Shown here in pieces: positions 10,324 through 21,191 of a DNA stretch of 64,000 bases. Each line of letters starts with the position of its first letter. Position 1 is the first letter of the stretch. Source of the stretch: Candidatus Marinacidobacterales bacterium (GTDB lineage: Bacteria; Acidobacteriota; Vicinamibacteria; Marinacidobacterales; SMYC01). The notes beneath the pieces are model-generated. The model searched no databases, was not told the DNA's origin, and was given only the letters and a program-made list of their open reading frames with translations. The position numbers and the translations under genes were made by a program. The stretch lies in assembly GCA_965237955.1 (NCBI GenBank), contig OZ250169.1:3104001-3168000 (forward strand). Direction: 5' to 3'.

Positions 10324-11985
10324 TCACAGCGTTTTGACGAGCACTCGCTGTTTCTCCCAATCGTCGGGAAGCGGATGATGCAAGAGGTAGCTCGAGGTCA
10401 GCCCAACGGGCTGGCGGCCTTCGACAATGGCGCGGACGATGTCGGGAGCCAGGAAGGCATAACGGATTGCCTTGCGCACGCGGTCCGTTGGGATGGCGTT
10501 TTCGGTTGCAATCTGCTCATAGGTTTTGCCTGCTTTGATTCGGTCGAGCCAGGAGAGGGCGTTTCTGATATTGCGCAGGAGTGTGCGGTCGACGGATTTC
10601 GTGGGGTTGCCCAGAACGAGCTTGGTCTCGACGCCGCGTCGACGCAAGCGGAACGGTGCGAGGATGCGGAGTGCATCGTCGCGAATGCGTTCGGGTCCCA
10701 TAGAGAGGCAAGCAGCGAACGCATCGCGGTCGAGCAGGATGGACACAGAGCCGGGGCTGATGTCGACCCGCCGGATAAGACGGAGCAGGGGGGCTGCCGA
10801 GGCACTATCATTGTTACTACCGGAACACAGCCCGTCTAAAAAGCGACGCACCGAGGCGAGCTCTTGCATCGTCGGAGTGTGGATCAACGAGGCCGAGAAG
10901 GTCGTGGCATCCACATGCTGTCGGATGAGATGCACGACGGTCTGTTCCAGCATCGGGGCGGGCAGTCGCCAGCCGGAGAGGTCCTTTTGGCCACTGTGCT
11001 GGATGAGGCGCCGGGAGACGTAGTAGCGGAGCCGTTGCCCGTTTTTCTTTTTGGTGTGGCTCGGCGTCAGCCGGTCCCCGGTCTCGTCGAAGAGCTTGCC
11101 TGCCAGTGGGGAAGGGGCGGCACGGCCCTTCGTCGTGCGTCTCCTTGGTTTGGCAGCCCCTGCCTGCAGCTGCGTTTGGACCGCGTCCCAGAGCTCCGGA
11201 GCAATGATCGATGGATGCTGGCCCTCGTACACACGCCTCTGGTGCCGGATGCGGCCGGCGTAGAGAGGATTGGTCAGCAGGCAGTGGAGGTGTCCGCGAC
11301 GGAACGGCAGCCCGCCCGTTCGGGTTCCATCCGCGGTGAAGCGTTGCTTGGTACGCAGTCTCAGACGGTCCGCCTCGGCCTTCACCTGCCGGAGCGTTTC
11401 GTGCTTTCGGTACAGCGCATAGAGCGTCCGGACCGTTTCGGCCTCAGCCTCGTTGATGCGCAGCGTGCGCCCGTCCTTCTCATAGCCTAGCGGTACGCGG
11501 CCGCCCATCCATAGTCCCTTGCGCTTGGAGGCAGCGACCTTATCGTGGATCCGCTCGGCCGTGACCTCGCGTTCGAATTGTGCGAAGGACAGCAGCATAT
11601 GCAGCGTCAGTCGTCCCATGCTGGTCGCGGTGTTGAAGGACTGAGTCACCGAGACGAAAACCGCGCCGGCCGCCTCGAGCCGCTCGACGAGCTTCGCAAA
11701 GTCGGAGAGGGAACGGGTCAGCCGGTCGACCTTGTAGACCACAATCTGGTCGACGAGACCTGCGTCGATGTCGGCGAGCAAGCGCTGGAGGCCCGGGCGC
11801 TCCAGGGTTCCTCCCGAGAGCCCCGCGTCCTCGTAGACGGTTGGCAGCAGCACCCAGCCCTCCGCTTTCTGGCTCGCGACATACGCGGCGCAGGCTTCTC
11901 GCTGCGCATCGAGGGAGTTGAACTCCTGTTCGAGACCCTCTTCCGCACTCTTTCGCGTATAGATGGCACAGCGGATCTTCTTCAT
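10324..11985 (-). CDS. Large serine recombinase, copy 1
   Basis: CAIYTRKS catalytic motif, YKVDRLTRS, FAQFERE, recombinase domain; probable start MKKIRC. Confidence 0.92.
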   Translation of the reverse strand: MKKIRCAIYTRKSAEEGLEQEFNSLDAQREACAAYVASQKAEGWVLLPTVYEDAGLSGGTLERPGLQRLLADIDAGLVDQIVVYKVDRLTRSLSDFAKLVERLEAAGAVFVSVTQSFNTATSMGRLTLHMLLSFAQFEREVTAERIHDKVAASKRKGLWMGGRVPLGYEKDGRTLRINEAEAETVRTLYALYRKHETLRQVKAEADRLRLRTKQRFTADGTRTGGLPFRRGHLHCLLTNPLYAGRIRHQRRVYEGQHPSIIAPELWDAVQTQLQAGAAKPRRRTTKGRAAPSPLAGKLFDETGDRLTPSHTKKKNGQRLRYYVSRRLIQHSGQKDLSGWRLPAPMLEQTVVHLIRQHVDATTFSASLIHTPTMQELASVRRFLDGLCSGSNNDSASAAPLLRLIRRVDISPGSVSILLDRDAFAACLSMGPERIRDDALRILAPFRLRRRGVETKLVLGNPTKSVDRTLLRNIRNALSWLDRIKAGKTYEQIATENAIPTDRVRKAIRYAFLAPDIVRAIVEGRQPVGLTSSYLLHHPLPDDWEKQRVLVKTL

Positions 11986-11986
11986 G

Positions 11987-12418
11987 TTAGGCCTTGCGCT
12001 TGGGCGTGAGACCGAAAAAGCGTGGTCCTGACCAGTGGGTGCCGGTGATTCGCTTTGTGATGGCGGTGAGGGACGGATAGGTTTTGCCATCGAACCGATA
12101 GCCGTTGTCGATTACCTCGACCTGGTAGGTCCGGCCATTCCACTCGCGGACGAGATGGGTGCCGGCAGAAACGGACCCTGCGGGAGCGCCGGAGCTTGGT
12201 GTCTCGTTCGCCATGGCAGCCAGAGCGCGCCGGGTTGTGGCCGAATGCCAGCCAAGGGTCCGGCACTGGCGTTCGTACGCAAGAACGCGGCGCATGAAAA
12301 CGCGAGAGAGCGAGCTTGGAGGAGCAGCCCCAAAGGTCTGCTCCCAGACCCGCCGCAAGCTGGCGAAGTCCAAACCGTCCAGAACGACGTTCCGCCCAAC
12401 CCCTGTATCCTGCGGCAT
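11987..12418 (-). CDS. DUF2924 family protein, copy 1
   Basis: GTHLVREWNGRTYQVEV...SLTAITKRITGTHWSGPRFFGL, the usual upstream partner of this LSR family. Confidence 0.85.
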   Translation of the reverse strand: MPQDTGVGRNVVLDGLDFASLRRVWEQTFGAAPPSSLSRVFMRRVLAYERQCRTLGWHSATTRRALAAMANETPSSGAPAGSVSAGTHLVREWNGRTYQVEVIDNGYRFDGKTYPSLTAITKRITGTHWSGPRFFGLTPKRKA

Positions 12419-12926
12419 CACCGAACGTTCGCTCTTGTGCTCGATAAAGTCCAGTCTAATGAGGGACTTCCGGGTGCGCAGTCCGTTGCTCGTAGCTCGC
12501 CCCGCAGCCGATTTGAGCCAGCCGTGCGCACCCCCGGTGGGCCTGTCGCTCGCCACCCGCAGCCCAGGGGTCATAAGCCAGCCCTGCGGCGCGAAATACA
12601 CTCGATTCTGCGCGGATTCCAAGGGCGTCTAAGCTGCTGATTTGTGGTCTATTTCAAAAGGGCCGAGTTTTGGCACAGGACGGGGTGGCGGATAAGCGAA
12701 ACCTCCTCGGGCTTTCTCGGAAAAAGCTGGAATCATGCGCGACGCCCGAAGCTGACAAGTGGTGGGGTTGTCTGCGAGCGTTGAATGGTGCGGCCAGTCT
12801 AGATGCCTTAACGCTCCAAGTTCATAAGACTCCGGTGGCGTCGTCGGGTCGAACGGCACGAAGCAGCCAAGCGATGGCAAGTCCTAACCACGCAATCAAC
12901 GCTGGATCGACTTTTTGCGGAGCACA

Positions 12927-13075
12927 GGTTACCCAGCTTCTTCAGAGTATCCTGCGCGGTGTTTCTCGCTTTGATTCGCTCTCCTTCCGCGCCGTCGCGT
13001 ACGTCGCGTGTTGGGTTCCCGCGACAAGAGTCACCCGCACGGATCCCGTCACGACCACTTCTTCGCGAGTGAAAC
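12927..13075 (+). pseudogene. ABC/ADOP-family permease C-terminal fragment
   Basis: ILRGVSRFDSLSF..VACWVPATRVTRTDP resembles the ADOP terminal motif. Confidence 0.55.
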
Positions 13076-13113
13076 GGAGTGCGCCGTCTCCGGATTTCCA
13101 GTCGAGAACGCGG

Positions 13114-13575
13114 CTAGTTGGACTCGATCGGAGCGCTCAGGACGTTGGTCCCCCACATCAGCTTGATCTCGCCGCTGTTGCCGGAGCCGGACAGCTCGAT
13201 CGTGAACTGTTCCGTCGCGTCTCCGTCCTTCTTCCACGTGAGCTGGGCTTCGCCCACGTCGCGGCTGGCGTCGTGGGACGTGCCCCACTGCCCGGTCTGG
13301 GAGTTGAACACTAGGTGCCACGTGTCTTCGCTCACTCGTTTCGTGAACAAGCTGTACGCGCCCTTCGCGATCGCAGTGCCGGAAACGGTGATGTCGGCCC
13401 CGGTCGTGAACGTGGTGGATTGATCCGCGCCTGTGCGCCAAACGGTACCCACGGGGGCTTGGCCGAGCATGTCGCGTCCCCGGAGACTCGGCCGACCGTA
13501 GTCCACGGAAACCTCGCTTCCGCCTATGGTCGCTTTGGATGTGCCGCGGGGAGACTGAGCCCACGCCACGACGCC
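13114..13575 (-). pseudogene. DUF2911 family protein, signal peptide truncated by an IS end
   Basis: SPRG...VDYGRPSLRGR..WRTGAD..GAYSLF..GQWG; 5' junction with a type 1 end/transposase start. Confidence 0.75.
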
Positions 13576-13992
13576 CAGCCAGCTAGAACGAGCAGTAGGA
13601 ATTGCACGTGGTACGTCATCATGGATCTGAAGATAACACCCTCGGGCCAGACGATTGTAAAGCCTACGGCCCTTGGTCCGGTCGCAAACACAGACACTAA
13701 GCTGCTGATTTATGGTCTATTTCAAAAGGGCCGAGTTTTGGCACAGGACGGGGAATTGAGATAAACGAATAGGGGAATGTCAGAGCAGCACGTGAGGAGT
13801 TCCATTCGAGCACACGAATGGTTTTCTGCCTCTCCGTTCAAAAGAGTTGTGCTCCGCAAAAAGTCGATCCGGCGTTGATTCCGCGGGTTAGACCTACCAT
13901 AGTCGGCTGCTTCTGGCCGGTTTTCTTTTTTGCGGATCACAACAGCCAGCGGCCAACGTGGTCAATACCGGAAAATCAGGTGTTGCCTAGCC

Positions 13993-15408
13993 CTAGCTGA
14001 AGTCCACCCCGAAGAACAGCACCGCGATGATGATCGCCGCCACGGCCAGCGGCGACACGAACTGAATGAAGAACCGCCACGCTCCATAGTTGAACCACCT
14101 GGGTTCTGAGCCATCCACGAGCTCCCGCTCGGTGTACTTGCGCGTCAGGAACCAGCCCGCCGCGATCGTGATCGCAAATCCCCCGGTCGGGAGCATCCAG
14201 TTCGACACGAAGTGGTCGACCATGCCGAACCAGCTCGCCTTGCCGCCGAAGAGCATCTGGCCGAGCGCGCCGCCGAGTTGGAGCTCGGTGATCGCGCCGA
14301 CACCACCGAACGACAACGCGGCGAGGACCGTGAAGGCAAACACCGCACCACCACACAGCAGCGTCGCCGTGGCCCGCGGCATGTGGTGTTCGTCGATCAC
14401 GTAGGCAGCGACCACTTCCAGTAGCGACATCGTCGAGGTGAGCGCCGCGAGGGCCACCAACACGTAGAAGAGTGGCCCCAGGAATGCCCCGAACGGGACC
14501 TCGGTGAAGAACAGCTGCGGCAGCGAGATGAAGAGCATCCCCACAGTGCCCGTGCCGCTGACCTGCTCATCCATACCCGGCACGCTGAAGATCACCGAGA
14601 ACATGATCACCGTGGCCACGAGTGCGATCAGCGTATCGAGCACGACGATGATCGCCGAGGCTTTCACGATCGACTGATGCTTTGCGATGTACGAGCCGTA
14701 CGTCACCATCGCGCCCATGCCGAGCGAGAGCGTGAAGAACGCGTGGCCGAGCGCCTCGAGGACGCTCCCCCCATCCAACTCGCCGAAGCGCGGCAGGAAG
14801 ATGAAGCGGAGCGCCTCACCGGCCCCGGCCATCTCCAAGGCGGAGACAAGCAGCAAGACGAGGATCCCGAAGAGAATCGGCAGAAAGACACGCGCGATGC
14901 GCTCGATGCCCTTTTGGACGCCGAAGTAGACGACCGAGACCGTGGCGATACTGAACCCGAGAGACAAGCCAAGCTGCAGGCCGCCATTGGCCGCCTGCGC
15001 ACCGAACAGCTCGCCCATCGAGGCGCCCGCCGGGAATCCACCGACCGACCAGCCCGCGGACTTGGCGAAGTAGAAGAGCGACCAGCCCGCAATCACCGTG
15101 TAGTAGCTGAGCAGCAGAAAGCCGCAGAGCACGCCCCAGAGGCCAACGATGCCCCACGCCGGCCCGATGGCCTGCTTGAGCGCCCCGACCACGCTCTTCT
15201 GCGTCGCTCGCCCGATCAGCAGTTCGGCCATCATGATGGGCAGGCCCACGGCGGCGATGCACACGAGGTACACGAGGACGAAGGCCCCGCCGTTGTTCTC
15301 CCACGTGACGAACGGGAACTTCCACAGGTTGCCGAGGCCGATCGCGCTCCCGGTCGCGGCGAGAATTAAGCCGGTGTTCGAACTCCAATGGCCGCGCGGC
15401 TCTGACAT
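13993..15408 (-). CDS. Sodium-dependent transporter (NSS/SNF family), copy 1
   Basis: GSAIGLGNLWKFPF..NGGAF, AFFTLSLGMG; multiple TM helices. Confidence 0.93.
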   Translation of the reverse strand: MSEPRGHWSSNTGLILAATGSAIGLGNLWKFPFVTWENNGGAFVLVYLVCIAAVGLPIMMAELLIGRATQKSVVGALKQAIGPAWGIVGLWGVLCGFLLLSYYTVIAGWSLFYFAKSAGWSVGGFPAGASMGELFGAQAANGGLQLGLSLGFSIATVSVVYFGVQKGIERIARVFLPILFGILVLLLVSALEMAGAGEALRFIFLPRFGELDGGSVLEALGHAFFTLSLGMGAMVTYGSYIAKHQSIVKASAIIVVLDTLIALVATVIMFSVIFSVPGMDEQVSGTGTVGMLFISLPQLFFTEVPFGAFLGPLFYVLVALAALTSTMSLLEVVAAYVIDEHHMPRATATLLCGGAVFAFTVLAALSFGGVGAITELQLGGALGQMLFGGKASWFGMVDHFVSNWMLPTGGFAITIAAGWFLTRKYTERELVDGSEPRWFNYGAWRFFIQFVSPLAVAAIIIAVLFFGVDFS

Positions 15409-15687
15409 GTGTCGTTCTCCGATCGATGGCGTGGTCTACGGGAGGCGATGCGGCCCCAATAGATCCCGGCCCGTGAAGTCTCGCCCAGTAGACGTTACGT
15501 AAATACTCTAAAGGATTTCTGTCGGGCCAGCGAGCGGCACGGCAGTATCGCGCGTCAGCACGCCACGGAGAGAGGTCGGAAGCCAGCCCTGCGGCGCGAA
15601 ATACCCTCGATTCTGCGCGGATTCCAAGGGCGTCTAAGCAGCTGATTTGTGGTCTATTTCAAAAGGGCTGAGTTTTGGCACAGGACG

Positions 15688-17005
15688 GGGTGTACCTCTC
15701 GGCGGTAGAGGATGCGTTCGGATCTGATATCGACTACGTAATGTTGATCAAAAACTACGGAGACGCGCCGGAAGGTCAGAGGCGGTACAGCCCGGCCGTC
15801 TGCACCGGAGCGACGCGGATACGCGTCACTGGCGACCCCGACGATGACCACATCTCCACGAGCTACGTCGAGCGCCAGAACCTGACGATGCGGATGTCGA
15901 TGCGGCGTTACACGCGGCTGACGAACGCCTTCTCGAAGAAGCTGGCGAACCTGGAGCATCACGTCGCGCTCTACTTCGTGCACTACAACTTCTGCCGGGT
16001 CCACAAGACGTTGAGAACGTCGCCGGCGATGGCAGCCAAAATCACGGACACGCTTCACGACATGGAGTGGATCGTCGGCCTCATCGATGCGCGGGCACCG
16101 AAGCCAGGCCCACGCGGACCCTACCGAAAGCGCCAGCAGGCAGCATAACCCAGGGCTTGGGACTGTTGGTGCTTGATCTGCCAACCTCGTTCAGCTTAGA
16201 ATCCCACTAGCTCGGTTTCCCCGAGTCCGTTGATTCTTTCGGCTTAGTCTCCATAGAATCAGCCGCCCCGCTAGCCGGCCGCTAGCGGGGCGGCGCACTT
16301 TCGCCGGCCTCGATGGAGCCGAAACATGGAGACTAAGGATGATAATTCCGTCTTTACCCCCGATCCCTGATCCGTTCGACGACCCACGACTCAAAAAAGA
16401 ACTTCTCCAAATGGCGAAGGCGTTCGAAACCCACGAGAAGAAGTTCGCTGCGCTTAAGCCACAAGTGGAGCGTCAGTTCCGTCATATGTCGGCAGAGTTA
16501 GCGCGAAGCTGGCCTGCTCTGAGGCAGTCGCGTGTCAAACTTGAAGGAAAACCAAGCATGAAGATTCCATCTATACCCGTCGCTCCATTTGAGCTGAAGC
16601 TCCCTAGAAGCGATCAGCTAGAAACCATCATCCGTAGACTTGACGAAATTGATTCTACTCTGGGAAAGGTCGTAATTTTGATGCAGGAAGGGTTGAATCG
16701 GAAGGTTCAGACCGAGACGAGCCCAACGTCGGAAGGACATACTCAACCACCCTCAAAGCCGAAAACTGTTCGTTAAATGTCGTTCCACTGTTTTCCAAAA
16801 GCTCGATGATAGACTGGGCCAGGGCGAGCGAAATGGCGCGTTTTCCGACTAGATGAGAACCGGGAAGGTCCGACATGAAACCCCACTTGTGAAGGCCTGG
16901 AAGGAAATTATAGCATGAAGCCCAACTGGTAGCGTTCAGAGCGGCGAGGCTTACGCCTTCCAACTTGTGAGCTCCATTTTCTTAATTTCAAACTGAGACA
17001 CTACC
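15688..17005 (+). mobile_element. IS1-family element, 5'-truncated, with passenger DNA
   Basis: Transposase C-half 15688-16148 (STSYVERQNLTMRMSMRRYTRLTNAFSKK..YNF); right-end-like TTTCAAACTGAGACACTACC at 16986-17005. Confidence 0.7.
16339..16776 (+). CDS. Hypothetical passenger protein (coiled-coil-like)
   Basis: 145 aa ORF in lower-GC DNA inside the IS1-like element. Confidence 0.5.
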   Translation: MIIPSLPPIPDPFDDPRLKKELLQMAKAFETHEKKFAALKPQVERQFRHMSAELARSWPALRQSRVKLEGKPSMKIPSIPVAPFELKLPRSDQLETIIRRLDEIDSTLGKVVILMQEGLNRKVQTETSPTSEGHTQPPSKPKTVR

Positions 17006-17264
17006 CCATCAAGTGTTGCTTCAGTTGGCCTGCCTGTGCCGGCGAACGCGTCGTGTCCAAAAATACAAACGAACTCAAGATCGGCACGCCGGGACGTTTC
17101 GGAATAGATTGATGACAGCTAGTGGACCCACTGGTAGTTGATGCGGGCACGAATCAAAGCTGGGGATTATTACAGCGAATTGGAATCCTCGTTCAAGGGG
17201 AAACCGTAGTATCCTGGGAGCGTCTTTCAATACAGAAGGGGGCAACGCCATTTGGAGGAGAACT

Positions 17265-17516
17265 ATGGCAAAAGCGCGAGTGTTGACGCGGTTGGAACTA
17301 GCCGAGCATTTGGGTGTCGATAAACAGATGGTAACGAAATGGGAGCGGTCTGGGATGCCGGTCCACACCAGAGGGCGCGGCGTGGCGTCTCAATTCCGTC
17401 TGGGGGAGGTCCGGGCGTGGCTAAGGGTGCGGGAAGCGAAGGCCAAAGCGGCGGAGAAGGCGAAGGTGCGGGAAGCCAAAGCGTCAGAGAAGGCGAAGAA
17501 GACAGCGAAGGGTTAG
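17265..17516 (+). pseudogene. Phage terminase small subunit Nu1-like HTH protein, 3'-truncated
   Basis: GGAGGAG RBS; LAEHLGVDKQMVTKWERSGMP..FRLGEVRAWL; ends at a DUF2924-module fragment. Confidence 0.6.
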
Positions 17517-17871
17517 CCCCAAAGGTTTGCTCCCAGACCCGCCGTAAGCTGGCGAAGTCCAAACCGTCCAAAACGACGTTCCGGCCAATCCCTGTATCCT
17601 GCGGCATCACCGAACGTTCGCTCTTGTGCTCGATAAAGTCCAGTCTAATGAAGGACTTCCGGGTGCGAAGTTCACTGCCCGCAGCTCGCCCCGCAGCCGA
17701 TTTGAGCCAGCCGTGCGCACCCCCGGTGGGCCTGTCGCTCGCCACCCGCAGCCCAGGGGTCGGAAGCCAGCCCTGCGGCGCGAAATACCCTCGATTCTGC
17801 GCGGATTCCAAGAGCGTCTAAGCTGCTGATTTGTGGTCTATTTCAAAAGGGCCGAGTTTTGGCACAGGACG
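17515..17871 (-). pseudogene. Fourth, partial copy of the DUF2924 module (5' region plus type 1 end)
   Basis: Near-identical to 12326-12682. Confidence 0.85.
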
Positions 17872-18404
17872 GGGAGCGGCGCACCTCGCTCACGGCCGTA
17901 CGAAGTCATGGCACGCTGGTACGATGTCGACGGCAAGCCGTCGCTGTTCATCTTCGGTCCCGCCGCTCAGACCCCGTTTGGCCTAATCTCCGATCCCCAG
18001 AAGGGCAAGGTAGGGGCCATCCTGCGGGAGGTATGTCGGAATGGACGATAGACGATGTTTCGTTCAGTTCTCGCACCCCGGGGGCGTTGTTGCACCGCTC
18101 TTGGCTGAGAGCGAAATCTGCCTATCGTGGTGGCCGGGGTCGGAGAGCAGATGATGCAAGAGGTAGCTTGAGGTCAGCCCAACAGGCTGGCGGCCGTCGA
18201 CAATGGCACGGACGATGTCGGGTGCCAGGAAAGCATAGCGGATTGCCTCGATATTCGCTCTCGACTAGGTGGTCATCTGCATGGTGACGACCCGCCCGCC
18301 CAAGACAATTGTAGAGCCTACGGCCCTTGGCCCAGTCGCAAACACAGACACTAAGCTGTTGATTTATCAGCTATTTCAAAAGGGCTGAGTTTTGGCACAG
18401 GACG

Positions 18405-18627
18405 CCATCCGGACAACCAGGCCCGTTTCAATCGCCATGTCTGAATAGACCCGTTGACCGCCAGGCTTACCGGTCTTGTCGGCCTTCCAGTTCGCGATTG
18501 CCTCCTCGTCAAACCAGACTGTCAAATCGCCCCGGCGGCGCAGCCCTTCGTTGTATTCCGCCCAGTTGCGAACGTGGTACTTCTTCTGCTTCGCGTGCTT
18601 GTACTGGCAGCGCTTGGGATACTTCAT
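18405..18627 (-). pseudogene. IS5-family (IS903 group) transposase N-terminal fragment
   Basis: YHVRNWAEYNEGLRRRGDLTVWF..YSDMAIET; cut by a type 1 end. Confidence 0.8.
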
Positions 18628-18882
18628 GCTCGAACATACCTCGGCCACCACCATAGGCGGATTGCGTATTCCGGGGCATCGTGAACGCAGATTCCAGCCG
18701 AAGGTGAACATCCATTCCAAAGCATCGTGAACACGGATTCCGGGGATCGTGAACATCGATTCCGGGGAAGGTGAACACGGATTCCAGGCAACGTGAACGC
18801 CGGTTCCGGCATCGCGAACGCTCATCGATAGCACGTTTCAAGGCAACTCTAGGTCGTACCCGGAAGGAGGACGATCTAGGAA

Positions 18883-20439
18883 ATGGCAGCTAAGAGGTTA
18901 TCGATGAGAAAAATACGAGAGGTTCTAAGGTTAAAGTACGAGCTGGGTTTTACTCACCGCATGATCGCAAAGGCACTTCGCGTGGCGGTTGGAACGGTGA
19001 GTGAGTACCTGGCCAAGGCGAAGAAGGGTGGTCTGAGCTGGCCGCTCCCGGAGGAGCTGAGCGAAGGGGAGCTGGAGGCAGGGCTGTTTCCGCCGCCGGG
19101 CTCGTCTGGCGCACGGCCGGGTCTGGACTATGCCCACATCCACGAGGAGCTGAGGCGTCACCGAGAGCTGACGTTGCTGCAGCTGTGGGTGGAGTACGCG
19201 GAGAATAAGCCGGGAGCGTACGGCTACAGCCGTTATTGCGAGCTGTACGGTCAGTGGAAGAAGAAGCTGAACCCGACGATGCGTCAACGGCATCGAGCAG
19301 GCGAGAAGACATTCGTCTATTTTTCGGGGAAGAAGCCTCACATCGTCGATCCGAAAACGGGAGAGCTCGTCGAAATGGAGCTGTTCGTCGGGACGTTGGG
19401 CGCGAGCAGTTACACCTACGTCGAAGCGACACTGAACCAGTCGCTGGAATCGTGGGCGAAGGCCCATAAGGGGATGTCGGATTACTTCGGTGGCAGTACG
19501 GAGATCTGGGTTCCGGACAACTTGAAGAGCGGCGTGGATTTGGTGGACCGTTACGAGCCAGGGATCAACCGGACGTACGAAGAGCTGGCGACGCATTACG
19601 GTGCGGTTGTGGTCCCGGCTCGGGTGTTCAAGCCGAAAGACAAAGCGAAGGTGGAGTCGGCAGTGCAGGTGGCGCAGCGCTGGATCCTGGCGGTGCTTCG
19701 TCATCGCACGTTCTTCAGCCTGGCGGAACTGAACGAAGCCATCTGGGAGAAGTTAGAGGTCCTGAATGCGCGTCCGATGCAGAAGCTCGGTGTGAGTCGG
19801 CGGGAGTTGTACGAAAGGCTAGACCGGCCCGTACTGAAACCGCTACCGCAGGAGAGCTACGAGTTATCGACGTGGAAGCGGTGCAGAGTGAACATCGACT
19901 ACCACGTGGAGGTGGAGAACAACTTGTACAGCGTTCCCTATCAGCTCATTCACGAGAAAGTCGAGGCACGGGTGACGGCCTCGGTGGTGGAGGTCCTGTT
20001 CAAGGGAAAGCGCGTCGCGTCGCATCCCCGCAAGAAAGGAAAGGGGCACTACTCCACGAACCCGGAGCATATGCCACGTTCGCATCGGGAGCACCTGGAG
20101 TGGACGCCGTCGCGGCTGCTCCACTGGGCGGAGCAGTCAGGTCGCGCCACGGGAAGGCTGGTTGCGGGGATTCTAGAGAGTCGGCCTCACCCGGAGCAGG
20201 GATTTCGCTCTTGCCTGGGAGTCATGCGACTAGGCAGCCGCTGGGGCAGTGAGCGTCTCGAGGCCGCTTGCGCACGAGCGGAAGCTTTGAGCTCTTACAG
20301 CTATCGCACGGTGAAAAACATTCTCTCGGCTGGTCTGGATCGTGTGGTGCTCGAATCGGACGCCGAAGCGAAACCGCGAGAGGAGCACGAGAACATCCGA
20401 GGCGCGGATCACTACGAAGGAGGAGAGTCCCGATGCTGA
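18883..20439 (+). CDS. istA: IS21 transposase
   Basis: N-terminal HTH, VPDNLKSGV, PKDKAKVE. Confidence 0.92.
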   Translation: MAAKRLSMRKIREVLRLKYELGFTHRMIAKALRVAVGTVSEYLAKAKKGGLSWPLPEELSEGELEAGLFPPPGSSGARPGLDYAHIHEELRRHRELTLLQLWVEYAENKPGAYGYSRYCELYGQWKKKLNPTMRQRHRAGEKTFVYFSGKKPHIVDPKTGELVEMELFVGTLGASSYTYVEATLNQSLESWAKAHKGMSDYFGGSTEIWVPDNLKSGVDLVDRYEPGINRTYEELATHYGAVVVPARVFKPKDKAKVESAVQVAQRWILAVLRHRTFFSLAELNEAIWEKLEVLNARPMQKLGVSRRELYERLDRPVLKPLPQESYELSTWKRCRVNIDYHVEVENNLYSVPYQLIHEKVEARVTASVVEVLFKGKRVASHPRKKGKGHYSTNPEHMPRSHREHLEWTPSRLLHWAEQSGRATGRLVAGILESRPHPEQGFRSCLGVMRLGSRWGSERLEAACARAEALSSYSYRTVKNILSAGLDRVVLESDAEAKPREEHENIRGADHYEGGESRC

Positions 20440-21191
20440 CACCCGAAACGATAGAAAAGATGAACGCCATGAAGTTGTTCGGCTTGGTGTCCGCGTTCGA
20501 AACCCAGTTGAGCTCGAGCGAATACAAGGAGCTGAGCTTCGAGGAACGTGTGGGACTCCTGGTCGATGCCGAGTGGACCGCCCGCGAACAGCGTAAGCTT
20601 TCTCGACGACTGCGAGCGGCAAAGCTCCGCTATCCGGCATGTTTGGAGAACGTGAACTTCCAAGCGCCTCGAGGCTTAAACCGCGAACAGATCTTGAGCC
20701 TGGGCAACTGCCGCTTTGTCGGTGAGCGCCATAACCTGCTCATCACCGGCCCGACGGGGATTGGCAAATCGTTCTTGGCTTGCGCCTTCGTGGAGCGGGC
20801 CTGTCGTCGCGGCTTCACCGGATGCTACGTGCGAGCACCGCGCTTGCTCCACGAGCTCGCGGTCGCTCGTGGTGATGGTTCCTACGCCCGGCTTTTGACG
20901 AAACTCGCCAAGCTGGACTTACTGGCTATCGATGATTGGCTGCTTCACCCGCTGAAAGAATCGGAGAGACGGGATCTAATGGAGGTCATCGAAGACCGCG
21001 CCGAGCGTGGCTCCACACTCATCGCGACCCAGATTCCGCTCAAGCAGTGGCACGAAGCGATTGGCGACCCAAACCAGGCAGACGCTATCTGCGATCGCAT
21101 TCTCCACAGCGCGCACCGCATCACTCTCAAAGGAGCTTCTCTGAGAAAGACCAAGGCTGCGCCAAAGGCATTTGACAACGCCGATGCATGA
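20433..21191 (+). CDS. istB: IS21 helper ATPase
   Basis: GPTGIGKS, LLAIDDW, ADAICDRI; overlaps the istA stop. Confidence 0.92.
   Translation: MLTPETIEKMNAMKLFGLVSAFETQLSSSEYKELSFEERVGLLVDAEWTAREQRKLSRRLRAAKLRYPACLENVNFQAPRGLNREQILSLGNCRFVGERHNLLITGPTGIGKSFLACAFVERACRRGFTGCYVRAPRLLHELAVARGDGSYARLLTKLAKLDLLAIDDWLLHPLKESERRDLMEVIEDRAERGSTLIATQIPLKQWHEAIGDPNQADAICDRILHSAHRITLKGASLRKTKAAPKAFDNADA

Noticed and set aside
18676-18820. ~22-bp periodic repeats as a mini-CRISPR or iterons
   Set aside because: They are the usual subterminal repeats of IS21 ends and are mirrored at the right end.
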